Origin: Myxococcota bacterium
Lineage (GTDB): Bacteria; Myxococcota_A; Polyangia; Polyangiales; Sandaracinaceae
Assembly: GCA_036149055.1 (NCBI GenBank)
Contig: JAYZQJ010000149.1
Coordinates: 27,852 to 91,851 of the forward strand
Length of the DNA: 64,000 bases
Reading direction: 5' to 3'
Shown here: one piece after another, positions 31,357-41,581 of the stretch
Layout: every line of letters starts with the position of its first letter
Numbering within the stretch: position 1 is the stretch's first letter
The notes under the pieces: model-generated
What the model saw: only the letters and a program-made list of their open reading frames with translations
The model's database searches: none
Told to the model about the DNA's origin: nothing
Program-made: the position numbers and the translations under genes

Positions 31357-32475
31357 TCACTCCGTCTCCCAGCGGAGCCCCACGCGAGCCACGCCGAGCC
31401 AGGGGCCGTCGCTCGCGAGCGCCTCGCCCCGGACGAGCAGCCGCTCGCCGGCCGGGTCGAGGTAGGCGCCGCCGCCCACCCACAGGCGCAGCCCGGCGAT
31501 CAGGCGGACCTCGACCGACGCCTCGCCCCCGAGGGTGAACGCCCACCGCTCCACCGCGACGCGGGGGGCGCCGTCGTCGCCGATCACCTGCGCCTGGGTG
31601 AGGCCGACGCCGGCCGCGAGGTCGAGGCTCAGCTCCACCGGGTCGAGCGCGCCGAAGACCACGCCGACGCCTCCCCGGACGTCGTTCCGCGCCACCCCGA
31701 GCCGATCGACGCCGGTCGCCGACGAGGGCGCCTCCCAGCCTCCGAAGAGCGCCGCGGCGAGGTGGAGCGTGCCGCGAAAGACCGGCCGGCCGTAGGCGAG
31801 GCCGACCCGCACGAAGGGTCGGTGCCACGCGGTCAGCGGCCCGTCGGCGACGGTGAGCTCGTACCCCGCGGCGACGCGCAACGTCACCGCGTCGCCGTCC
31901 GCCTCGACCGGCGCGACCTCGGGATCGGTGACCGCAGGCGGCGACGTCGCGAGCGCGGCGGCGGTGACCGGGGTCTCCGAAGCGGTGGGCGCCGCGACCG
32001 GCTCGGGGTCCGTCGGCGCGGGCTCCGCGTCCGCGCGCGCCTCCGCGGAGACGGCCACCGCGTTCGTCGGCTCCGCTTCCCCGGACTGCGCCGGGGCGGG
32101 CTCGGTCGGCGCCGCGAGGGGCAGCGCGAGCAGCTCGGCGGAGAGGACCGCGATCGCGTAGTGGGTCAGCTCGCCCGACGGGAGCTCGCGCGCGAGGACC
32201 TCGCCCGACCCGCGCCGGACCGCGCGGATCGTGCCCGCGCCGAGGTCGAGCTGCAGCACGGCGACGCGATCGCCGTCGTCGCGCGCCTCGATCGCCTCCG
32301 AGAGCGTGAGGTCGTCGCGCAGCCGCGCGCCGTCGAACACCCGGGCGAGAAAGAGCGCCGCCCCCACGTCGCCCTCCGTCGAGGGGAGGATGAGCAGCGT
32401 CGCGTCCTGCTGCGCTCGGCCCCGTCCAGGCGCGACGCCGAGGAGGAGGAGCGAGAGCCAGACCGCCGCGCGCAT
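31357..32475 (-). CDS. Secreted hypothetical protein accompanying the ECF/FecR pair (possible C-terminal beta-barrel)
   Basis: Signal peptide, Pro/Ala/Glu-rich linker, amphipathic beta strands ending GVARVGLRW. Confidence 0.6.
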   Translation of the reverse strand: MRAAVWLSLLLLGVAPGRGRAQQDATLLILPSTEGDVGAALFLARVFDGARLRDDLTLSEAIEARDDGDRVAVLQLDLGAGTIRAVRRGSGEVLARELPSGELTHYAIAVLSAELLALPLAAPTEPAPAQSGEAEPTNAVAVSAEARADAEPAPTDPEPVAAPTASETPVTAAALATSPPAVTDPEVAPVEADGDAVTLRVAAGYELTVADGPLTAWHRPFVRVGLAYGRPVFRGTLHLAAALFGGWEAPSSATGVDRLGVARNDVRGGVGVVFGALDPVELSLDLAAGVGLTQAQVIGDDGAPRVAVERWAFTLGGEASVEVRLIAGLRLWVGGGAYLDPAGERLLVRGEALASDGPWLGVARVGLRWETE

Positions 32476-32523
32476 GCCCCGCGAGTCTGCCACAGCACGG
32501 GCGAGCCCCGCGCTCGGCTGGCT

Positions 32524-32787
32524 TCAATCGCCGGTGACGTCGATCTCGGTGACGGCGTCGTCGGCGTCGACGATGGCGTCGTCGGGGACACGCTCGAGCC
32601 ACTGCTCGGCGAGGGGGTAGGTGCGGTCGCCGAAGTCCACCTCGATCAGGCCGTCGGGCGTCTCGCCGAGGACCGTGCCGACCAGGACGCGCGCGAAGTG
32701 CGGCAAGGTCAGGGGGCAGTTGGGGGAGACCCGCACGCGGGCGCCGATCTCGTAGGAGGTGGCCACCTCCGGATCCTGACAGCGCAC
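32524..32787 (-). CDS. Small hypothetical protein (SH3/KOW-like beta fold possible)
   Basis: IGARVRV...VGTVLG...IEVDFG pattern; fills the gap between genes; start uncertain. Confidence 0.5.
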   Translation of the reverse strand: MRCQDPEVATSYEIGARVRVSPNCPLTLPHFARVLVGTVLGETPDGLIEVDFGDRTYPLAEQWLERVPDDAIVDADDAVTEIDVTGD

Positions 32788-32831
32788 GCGAGAGGCGTCA
32801 CGTTTTCGAGCGGACGTGCTAAGGAGCCGGC

Positions 32832-34224
<1,393 letters not shown>

Positions 34225-34226
<2 letters not shown>

Positions 34227-34253
34227 AGCTGCGGCAAATATTGCCGCAGCTTC
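34225..34253. terminator. Perfect 13-bp hairpin at the asnS stop codon
   Basis: GAAGCTGCGGCAA-ATA-TTGCCGCAGCTTC. Confidence 0.6.
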
Positions 34254-34348
34254 CACGCGCGCCAGCGCGTGAGATGGGGTGGGAGTCCGAGCCGGCTTTG
34301 CCGGTCGGGCGGGAGGGGGCGCATGCCCCCTCCGAGAACTGAGCCCGG

Positions 34349-34939
34349 GTGCAGCCGGGCGCGGTTCCGCCGTATGGTCCCCGCTCGGTGTCGGTGAAGG
34401 TTCGCAGCACGCTGCTCGCGTCCTCCCGCCGGGGTCTGTTCGACCTCGGCCATCGGGAGGCGTACGTCGAGGCGCTCGGCGACGAGGGGGAGATGCTCGT
34501 CGGCGAGGCGGCGATGGTCGCGCAGTGGGTGGACCTCGAGGTGGCGCTGCGGCACTACCGCGCGGCCGACGCGCTCGGGCTCTCCGAGTCGGAGATGGTC
34601 GAGGCGGGCAACGCGGTGGGCGCGCGGGTGGAGGGGGCGCTCTGGGGGACGGTGGCCCGCGCGGCGCGGCGAGTGGGGTTCTCGCCGTGGCCGATCCTCA
34701 GCCGGCTCGACCGCGTCTGGGGCCGCATGTACCGCGGCGACGCGATCACCGTCCGGCAGGTCGGGCCCAAGGACGCGCGCATCGAGGTGAGCGACAACCC
34801 GCTCGCCGACGTGCGCTACTGGCGGGTGGCGCTGACCGGCCTGATGCAGGGGGCGACCCTGATCTTCGCCCGCTCCGCCCACGTCCGCGTCGCGCAGCAG
34901 CGCGCCGGCCAGGCGGTCTTCGACGTCTCCTGGGCGTGA
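34349..34939 (+). CDS. Myxobacterial hypothetical protein (DUF2378/V4R-like pattern)
   Basis: Conserved-looking W..L...L.HY.A.D and RVWGRMY.G, terminal FDVSWA; start uncertain. Confidence 0.55.
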   Translation: MQPGAVPPYGPRSVSVKVRSTLLASSRRGLFDLGHREAYVEALGDEGEMLVGEAAMVAQWVDLEVALRHYRAADALGLSESEMVEAGNAVGARVEGALWGTVARAARRVGFSPWPILSRLDRVWGRMYRGDAITVRQVGPKDARIEVSDNPLADVRYWRVALTGLMQGATLIFARSAHVRVAQQRAGQAVFDVSWA

Positions 34940-34949
34940 GCGCCGGGCG

Positions 34950-35105
34950 TCAGAAGGTCAGCTCGAAGAGCGTGTAGAAGAAGGCCGCGAGGACGAGGCC
35001 GGGGAGCACCAGCTCCACATAGCCCGCGTCGGCGAGGCTGTTCATCACGGCGTTCTGATCCACCGCGACGGTCTTGGTCTTCGTGCTGCTGTTCCTCCGG
35101 CTCAT
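34950..35105 (-). CDS. Small single-TM hypothetical protein (51 aa)
   Basis: MSRRNSSTKTKTVAVDQNAVMNSLADAGYVELVLPGLVLAAFFYTLFELTF; GC3-biased codons. Confidence 0.5.
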   Translation of the reverse strand: MSRRNSSTKTKTVAVDQNAVMNSLADAGYVELVLPGLVLAAFFYTLFELTF

Positions 35106-35230
35106 GCCCCGGGTACAGCGAATCCCGGGCCAACTCCACGGACGTGGCAGATCGGGCCTCCCCCTGTGGCGTTCTTGCCCACTGAGGCGTCGGATCGCCG
35201 ACATCGACGTCAGACCTGCGCCGCGCGCTC

Positions 35231-37486
35231 TCAGAAGATGATGTCGCAGTCCAGATCGCCGATGCCGGAGGCGTTGTCGTCCTCGTCGCACTCGGTGACC
35301 GCGCCGACGTCGCTGCCGTCGTCGTCGACGACCGCCACGAAGGCGTAGGGAGGATCGCCGGCGAGGGCGACGTCGGCGAGCTCCACCACGGTGGTGGCGC
35401 CCGGGAGGAGCGGCACGGCGGTGGGCACGGTGCCGAGCAGCGCGCCGCGCGCGTCGGGGGTGCCGGTGTAGAAGCTGACCATCACGCCCGCCGGCGCGCC
35501 GAGGCTGCCCTCGTTGGTGACGCGCGCCCGGAGCGTCGCGGACTCGGGGCAGCCGTCGAGCAGCACCTCGAGCGCGAGCACCTTGAGATCGGGCGCGTTG
35601 AAGACGCCCTCGCCCTGGGTGTTCTGCCGGTAGTTGTTGAGGCCCGGCGTGGACCAGTTGTCCATCTCCACGCGCGGCACGCCGCCCGACGCGGTGACGT
35701 TGGTGACGTGGTAGGCGTGCTGGTTCCAGATGCGGCGGGTGCGCACCCAGAGATCCCTCATGTCGCCGTAGACGAAGATCCCCTCGCGCTGGCCGTCCCA
35801 GCTGGAGTCGATGGCCCGGCACTGGGCGGGGAGGCCGCTGTTGCGGTCGTTGGCGACGATCACGATCTCGCTGTTGCCGTCCGCGTCGACGTCGGCGACC
35901 AGCGGGTACTCGTGAATGGTCGCGCTGGAGTTCGGGATCTCGACGAGCACGCTGCCGTCGGCGCCGCGGTAGACCCGCACGAAGCACTCGTCGGCGTAGA
36001 CGACCTCCGCCGCTCCGTCGCCCTCGAAGTCGAACACGCTCGAGCCGGTCGCGTTGCTGCTGACGTCCTGCGTCGTCTGCGACCAGAGCACGCCGCTCGC
36101 CTCCGCCGGGTCGTAGACGCTGTAGCTCGCCGCGCCGGCCACGCCGATCTCCGGGAGCCCGTCGCCGTCGAAGTCGGCGATGGTCGGCGGCCCGCCGCGG
36201 CCCCCGCCGGGCTGCGCGATCGGGCCCCACTCCACCTCGCCGGTCATCCCGTCGAGCAGGTAGAGGCTGCCGGACGCCACCAGCACGACCTCCGGCTGCG
36301 GGTCGGCGTCGAACTGCGCGACCGCGGGGTAGCCGTCGGGGATGGTGGTGGTCGCCCAGAAGGGGGTGCCGTCGGCGCGGTAAGCGCGGCGGCCGCTGAC
36401 CACCTCGGGCGCGCCGTCGAGGTCGAGATCCGCGACCGCGCTGATCCCGCCGGTGTAGCCGTTGTTCGTGCCCTCGCGCACGCCGGTGTCCCGCTCCCAG
36501 ACGAGCACGCCGGTCGCGTCGAGCACGGCGGCGCCGAAGATCACCTCGGGCGAGCCGTCCTGATCGAGATCCGCCAGGGTCGGCGCGCCGTTGATCACGC
36601 TGCCGGTGTAGGGGCTGCCGTCCGCGCGCGTGCTCTGCCAGAGCAGGCTGCCGTCGTCGTCGAAGGCGACCATGCGGTTGACCCCGCTCCGGAGCACCGC
36701 GACGACCTCGGGCAGCCCGTCGCCGTCGAGATCCCCGCCGGCGATGCCCGCGCGGCCGTTGGTGCGCAGCGAGGGATCCGTGACGGTCCAGACCGGGCTC
36801 CCGTCGACGCCGCTGAAGGCGCGGACGACGCCGACCTCGTAGTCTTCATCGCACGCGAAGTTGGCGACGACCTCGGGGACGCCGTCGCCGGTGAGGTCGA
36901 CGACGATCGGCGCGCTGATGCCGTGCATGCACGTCGGCACGTCGGTGGCGGTCTGGGCACTCCACTCGACCACCGGCGCGAAGTCGCCGAACACCGGCGT
37001 GGTCTCGCAGGTGACCGGATCGAACTGCGGCAGGCACTGCCCGAGGGTGGGCTCGCAGAAGGCGCCCATCGGGCAGTCGAAGCTGTCGGTGCAGGGCTCG
37101 CCCGGATCGACGCAGGCGTCCGAGACGCAGACCTGGCCGGCGCCGCAGCAGGTGGCGCGATCGGCCCCGCAGCGCACCCCGGACGCGCAGGCGGCGAGGC
37201 ACGCCCCCTCGACACACTCGTCCCCGACCGCGCAGCACATCGGGGGCGTCCCGCAGAGCACCATGCTCTCGCAGCGCTCGCCCGCGTCCCGCCCGGAGTC
37301 GGTCGCCATCGGCGCGTCGGGGCTGGGCCCGCCGTCGACCCCCGGCGCGCAGACCGCGTCGATGCAGACGAACCCGCCGGTGCAGTCCGCGTTGGTCTCA
37401 CAGCCCGGCTCGGTGGGGCCCGAGCAGTCGCAACCGACGAGGTGGAGGAAGAGAAGCGTGAGCCCCAGGTACGGCAAGCGGGTCAT
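35231..37486 (-). CDS. FG-GAP/VCBS repeat beta-propeller lipoprotein with Cys-rich N-terminus and CARDB-like C-terminus
   Basis: LVGCDC lipobox, repeated D(L/F)DGDGxPE motifs, WNQHAYHVTNV, ECDEDDN. Confidence 0.88.
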   Translation of the reverse strand: MTRLPYLGLTLLFLHLVGCDCSGPTEPGCETNADCTGGFVCIDAVCAPGVDGGPSPDAPMATDSGRDAGERCESMVLCGTPPMCCAVGDECVEGACLAACASGVRCGADRATCCGAGQVCVSDACVDPGEPCTDSFDCPMGAFCEPTLGQCLPQFDPVTCETTPVFGDFAPVVEWSAQTATDVPTCMHGISAPIVVDLTGDGVPEVVANFACDEDYEVGVVRAFSGVDGSPVWTVTDPSLRTNGRAGIAGGDLDGDGLPEVVAVLRSGVNRMVAFDDDGSLLWQSTRADGSPYTGSVINGAPTLADLDQDGSPEVIFGAAVLDATGVLVWERDTGVREGTNNGYTGGISAVADLDLDGAPEVVSGRRAYRADGTPFWATTTIPDGYPAVAQFDADPQPEVVLVASGSLYLLDGMTGEVEWGPIAQPGGGRGGPPTIADFDGDGLPEIGVAGAASYSVYDPAEASGVLWSQTTQDVSSNATGSSVFDFEGDGAAEVVYADECFVRVYRGADGSVLVEIPNSSATIHEYPLVADVDADGNSEIVIVANDRNSGLPAQCRAIDSSWDGQREGIFVYGDMRDLWVRTRRIWNQHAYHVTNVTASGGVPRVEMDNWSTPGLNNYRQNTQGEGVFNAPDLKVLALEVLLDGCPESATLRARVTNEGSLGAPAGVMVSFYTGTPDARGALLGTVPTAVPLLPGATTVVELADVALAGDPPYAFVAVVDDDGSDVGAVTECDEDDNASGIGDLDCDIIF

Positions 37487-37539
37487 GCGGACGAGCGTAG
37501 CAGCCTTTCGGATGGGGTCTGCGCGCGTACGTCTCGGGC

Positions 37540-37746
37540 ATGCGATGCGAGCACGACAGCTGTCACTGCGAGGCCACGGACGGGCGCTTCTGCAGCGCGT
37601 ACTGCGCCAACGCGGCGGCGGAGCGGGAGGAGGGGCTGTGCTCCTGTGGGCACGACGGCTGCCATCCCGAGCACGAGGTGCACGGGCGCGAGCCGCGGGT
37701 CTCGATCGGCCGCGGTCCGGGCGCGGGGATCGTCGACCAGGAGTGA
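37540..37746 (+). CDS. Candidate bacterial metallothionein
   Basis: 8 Cys and 6 His in the first 48 aa; C-x4-C-x-C...FCS..CA...CxCGHxxC. Confidence 0.65.
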   Translation: MRCEHDSCHCEATDGRFCSAYCANAAAEREEGLCSCGHDGCHPEHEVHGREPRVSIGRGPGAGIVDQE

Positions 37747-37769
37747 CTCGGGACGAGACAGCCGGACGA

Positions 37770-38486
37770 TCAGGCTGTCTCGATCCGGATCACCACCGCG
37801 GTGGCGTTGTCGGTGCCGCCCACCGCGATCGCCTCCTCGACCAGGCCGCGGGCCGCCTGCTCGGGGGGCTGCGCGAGGAGATCCTGGATCTCGTAGGGCT
37901 CTAGCGGCCCGCTGACGCCGTCGGTGCAGAGCAGGAGCACGTCGCCCGGCTCGAGCGAGATCGAGCGCAGATCCGGCCGCGCGTTGCAGCGCGGGGTGAG
38001 CGCCCGGGTCAGCGCCCCGCCGAGGCTCGGGGAGAGCAGCGAGATGCCCTCCACCCGGGCCAGGCGCTCGTAGACGTTGTGGTCCACCGTGAGCTGCTCG
38101 AGCCGCCCCTCGACGCGCCGGTAGACGCGGCTGTCGCCGGTGTGGCCGACCACGGCGCGATCCCCGGAGACCAGTACCGCGGCGAGGGTGGTGCCCATGC
38201 TCCGGTACTTGCCCGCCGACGCCTCGGTGATGATGTCGCGGTGCGCCATCCGGAAGGCGAGGTCGAGGCGCGCGGAGTCGACCATGCCCTCGCGCTCCTC
38301 GGCGTCGGCCTGAGCGAAGAACCGCTCGAGCGCGCGGATGGCGAGGGCGCTGGCGACCTCCCCGCCCGGCTCACCGCCCACGCCATCGGCGACGGCGAAG
38401 AGCCCGGCGTCCGGAATGGTGACCCAGGCATCCTGGTTGAGGGGCCGACGCCCGAGGGCGGTCGCGCTTCCGATCGACAGCTTCAC
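37770..38486 (-). CDS. PP2C/PPM family Ser/Thr protein phosphatase
   Basis: RPLNQD, VADGVGG, MGTT, GDSRVY, LCTDG, GGTDNAT. Confidence 0.92.
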   Translation of the reverse strand: MKLSIGSATALGRRPLNQDAWVTIPDAGLFAVADGVGGEPGGEVASALAIRALERFFAQADAEEREGMVDSARLDLAFRMAHRDIITEASAGKYRSMGTTLAAVLVSGDRAVVGHTGDSRVYRRVEGRLEQLTVDHNVYERLARVEGISLLSPSLGGALTRALTPRCNARPDLRSISLEPGDVLLLCTDGVSGPLEPYEIQDLLAQPPEQAARGLVEEAIAVGGTDNATAVVIRIETA

Positions 38487-38611
38487 GCCCCAGAGACTCT
38501 GCGATGTCCATGCCAGCTCCCCATCAGCCCCCGCCCGAGGACCCATCCGGCCAAGGTGTTGGCCAACTGCCTACGCCTGGTGGGCGCAGCCCCGCGTGGT
38601 ACATCCGTCCG

Positions 38612-39415
38612 GTGTCCGAGGGGCGCCGCAACTACAGCGACGAGGAGGTCGAGGAGATCTTCCGTCGCGCGCTGGAGCGGCAGGCGGCCGACGGCGACGG
38701 CTTCGCGCACGACGAGCTGATCGCGGCCGCCCACGAGGTCGGGCTCGACGACGACGCCATCGACCGCGCGGTCCGGGAGCTGGAGCGCGACCGGACCGAG
38801 GCCTCGATCCGCGAGCGGGTCGCGAAGCGCAAGCGCGAGCGCTGGCTCCGGCACCTCTTCACCTACCTCGTCGTCGCCGGCGGCTTCCTCGGGATGCACG
38901 CGCTCGGCTACGTCGGGGTCTGGGCCATCTGGATGGCCTTCGGCTGGGGCATGGGCGTCGCGCTCCAGACCTTCTCCACCCTCCGCGGCCCGACCGAGGA
39001 GGAGGTCGAGAAGGAGCGGAAGAAGCTGAACCGCAAGGCGCGCCGGGCCGCGAGGGCGAAGGCGCGGGCCGAGGCGAAGCGCCGCAAGGCCGAGGAGCGG
39101 GCCCGCCGCTCGCAGCGCAAGCAGCAGCGCGGCCAGATCGAAGACGAGCTCGAGCGGGTGATCGAAGACGGGGTCAGCCTGCTCCTCTCGGCCGCGGCGA
39201 AGAAGCTGCGCGAGGCGACCGAGCGCGCCGAGCCTGCGCCGCCGCGGACCGACTTCGAGCGCTTCGTGCGCGCCAAGAAGGAGGGTCGCTCCACCGACGC
39301 GTACGCGAAGGAGCGGCCGCGGGTGCGGGTCGATGCCGAGGTGGACTCCCCGGAGGGAGAGACGATCTCGGAGGAGTCGGAGCGTCGCGAGCGCGGGCGG
39401 CGGCGGCGGCGCTGA
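38612..39415 (+). CDS. 2TM-domain membrane protein with coiled-coil tail
   Basis: YSDEEVEEIFRRA N-terminus, HLFTYLVV...WGMGVALQ two-helix motif. Confidence 0.7.
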   Translation: MSEGRRNYSDEEVEEIFRRALERQAADGDGFAHDELIAAAHEVGLDDDAIDRAVRELERDRTEASIRERVAKRKRERWLRHLFTYLVVAGGFLGMHALGYVGVWAIWMAFGWGMGVALQTFSTLRGPTEEEVEKERKKLNRKARRAARAKARAEAKRRKAEERARRSQRKQQRGQIEDELERVIEDGVSLLLSAAAKKLREATERAEPAPPRTDFERFVRAKKEGRSTDAYAKERPRVRVDAEVDSPEGETISEESERRERGRRRRR

Positions 39416-39438
39416 CGCTCCCATGCTCCGGTGGCGCT

Positions 39439-39673
39439 CGACGAGGGGCTTGCAGTCGCTCGCGCAAAGCCGCAAAGCCGCGAAGGGACGAAGGGGCGGC
39501 GGGATGACCGGGCCGCCGGGCGGTCCGACCGGCCTGGCTGGCAAGCTGCGGGCCTCTGCTGGGGACTTGGCGGCTTTGCGCCTTTGCGAGAGCCCTCGTC
39601 GGAGCGTCGGATACGAGCGCATCCTCCCGTGTTGTTTCGCGGGCACGGGCAGGGGCACGGGCAGGGGCACGGG
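39439..39673. repeat. Intergenic inverted REP-like pair (CGCAAAGSCGCAAAG) plus GGGCAS tandem tract
   Basis: 39459-39485 and 39566-39592 are inverted, 24/27 identical, with outer CGACGAGGG arms; GGGCAC/GGGCAG hexamers at 39641-39673. Confidence 0.8.
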
Positions 39674-39703
39674 ACGCCGGGGGGGCGGCTGCGCCGCTTT
39701 TCT

Positions 39704-41554
39704 TCAGAGCCTCCTCAGACCGATCCGAGAGACGCCGGACCCGGAGGCGGCGCGGATGGCGACGCCGACCCGGGTGTCGAGCTCGAGCGGGCAGCTCCGG
39801 CGGGCGTCGCCGCCGAGCACCAGGGCGTCCGCCTCGAGGCGCACGACCACCGTGTCGCCCGCGCGGCGTGAGGTCAGGCAGGTCCCGTGGGCGATCGCGT
39901 CGTCGGTGATGTCGACCTCGATCGCGGGCGCCTCGTCCCGCGTGAGCAGGAGGGTAACCGCGCCGACCACGTCGAGCTCGACGTCGACGGCGCGAAAGCG
40001 CGCGCGCGGCACGTCGAAGCGCGCGCCTTCGGTCCGCGCGACCAGCGCGTCTCCCTGCGCGCCCCAGCGACCGGGGCCGTCGAGCGCGAGCTGATCGAGC
40101 TCGCCGAGCGCGACCGGGAGGAGGTTCGCGGGCGGATCGTCGAGCGCGGTGGCCACGTCGAGGCGCAAGAAGTCGGTCGCCTCTTCACCCACCAGGGCCA
40201 CGCTCCCGTCGGGGAGCGGCACGAGGTGACGGGGCTGGACGTTCAGCGGGATGGACGGCGAGGGATCCCGGGAGCCACCCGGGTCGATCACCCGCGCGAC
40301 CGGCCGGAGCTCTCCGATGCGATCCGGCACCCGGCCGGTGACGAGGACCCGGCCGTCGGGCAGCGGCGCCGCGAGCGGCTCGCGGAGAGGGTGCGCCTCC
40401 CGGGTGTCGCGGGAGGCGGTGAGCGCGCCCTCGACGGTGATGACCTCGGCGCCGCCGACCCAGAGCTCCATCGCGTCGCTCCAGCCCTCGCCCTCGCGGC
40501 CGCCGAGCTGGACGACGCCCGCGCTCGAGGCGGCCCAGGCCGCGCCGTCGCGCGCCGGGAAGACGACGGGGAGCCGCTCGAGCCGGTCGCCCCGCAGCTC
40601 CTCGACCACGCCGACCGGGCCCTCCTCGTCCCGGCCGCCGACCACGACCACACGCCCGCCGCCGAGCGCGAGCGCCCGCGGGCCCTGACGGGGGTGGGCC
40701 GCGAGCGCCCTGCGATCGAAGGAGAGGCGGCCCTCGACCGGGGTCAGCAGCTCGGCCTCCTCGAGCAGGCGAGGTCGATCGTCGACGATCGCGTCCCAGC
40801 CGCCGACGACCAGGACGCGGCCATCGGGGAGCACCCGCGCGTCGTGCTCCCGTCGCGCGGTGACCACGGTGAGCTCGAGCTCGCCCGCCGAGGCGGCGTC
40901 CGGGCGCAGCACGTCGGCGGTGTCGAGGGCCTCGGTCGAGCCGGGTGAGCCGCCGCCGATGACCAGCACGGTGGGCTCCTCGGTGCGCAGGGCGACGGCC
41001 GCCGCGCCCGCGCGCGACACCGCGAGCCGGAGCGCCCCCGCGTCCGCGCGGTCGTCGAAGGCGCGGTAGAGCGCGACGTCCCGCCGGGCGCGTCCGTCCA
41101 GGCTGCCGCCGCCCGCGAGCACCACGCCTCCCGGGAGGCCGAGCGCGAAGCCGTCGGCGTCCGCGCTCGCCGGCGCGTCGTTGAAGAGGCAGGGCTCTCC
41201 GAGCTCGAGCAGGCTCAGCTCGAAGTCGCCCTCCCCCGTGGGGCCGAGGAGCGCGACCGCGCCGCCGCTCCACGGCGCGCCGCCGGCCTGCTCGCCGAGC
41301 GCCGTGATGGCGACCAGCTCGGTGGCCGGCGGGAAGGGCTCGAGCGAGAGCTCGGCGCGATCGGACAGCTCCACGCTGCGGGTCAGCAGGGTGCCGCTCG
41401 GGGCGTCGCCGCGCGGCCGGATCTCGAGCACGCGCAGCACGTCGGGGCGACAGCTCAACGACTCGAAGGGGCGCACGTCGAGACGCACCGGGCGCGCCGA
41501 CGGCTCGCAACCGACCAGCAACGCCAGACAGAGAGCTGCGCGGGCGCGAGTCAT
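39704..41554 (-). CDS. Kelch/galactose-oxidase-like beta-propeller lipoprotein
   Basis: LLVGC lipobox; repeated LPDGRVLVVGG and VLVIGG motifs. Confidence 0.75.
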   Translation of the reverse strand: MTRARAALCLALLVGCEPSARPVRLDVRPFESLSCRPDVLRVLEIRPRGDAPSGTLLTRSVELSDRAELSLEPFPPATELVAITALGEQAGGAPWSGGAVALLGPTGEGDFELSLLELGEPCLFNDAPASADADGFALGLPGGVVLAGGGSLDGRARRDVALYRAFDDRADAGALRLAVSRAGAAAVALRTEEPTVLVIGGGSPGSTEALDTADVLRPDAASAGELELTVVTARREHDARVLPDGRVLVVGGWDAIVDDRPRLLEEAELLTPVEGRLSFDRRALAAHPRQGPRALALGGGRVVVVGGRDEEGPVGVVEELRGDRLERLPVVFPARDGAAWAASSAGVVQLGGREGEGWSDAMELWVGGAEVITVEGALTASRDTREAHPLREPLAAPLPDGRVLVTGRVPDRIGELRPVARVIDPGGSRDPSPSIPLNVQPRHLVPLPDGSVALVGEEATDFLRLDVATALDDPPANLLPVALGELDQLALDGPGRWGAQGDALVARTEGARFDVPRARFRAVDVELDVVGAVTLLLTRDEAPAIEVDITDDAIAHGTCLTSRRAGDTVVVRLEADALVLGGDARRSCPLELDTRVGVAIRAASGSGVSRIGLRRL

Positions 41555-41581
41555 CCGGGCTATGATCGTATCAGGCTCCTC

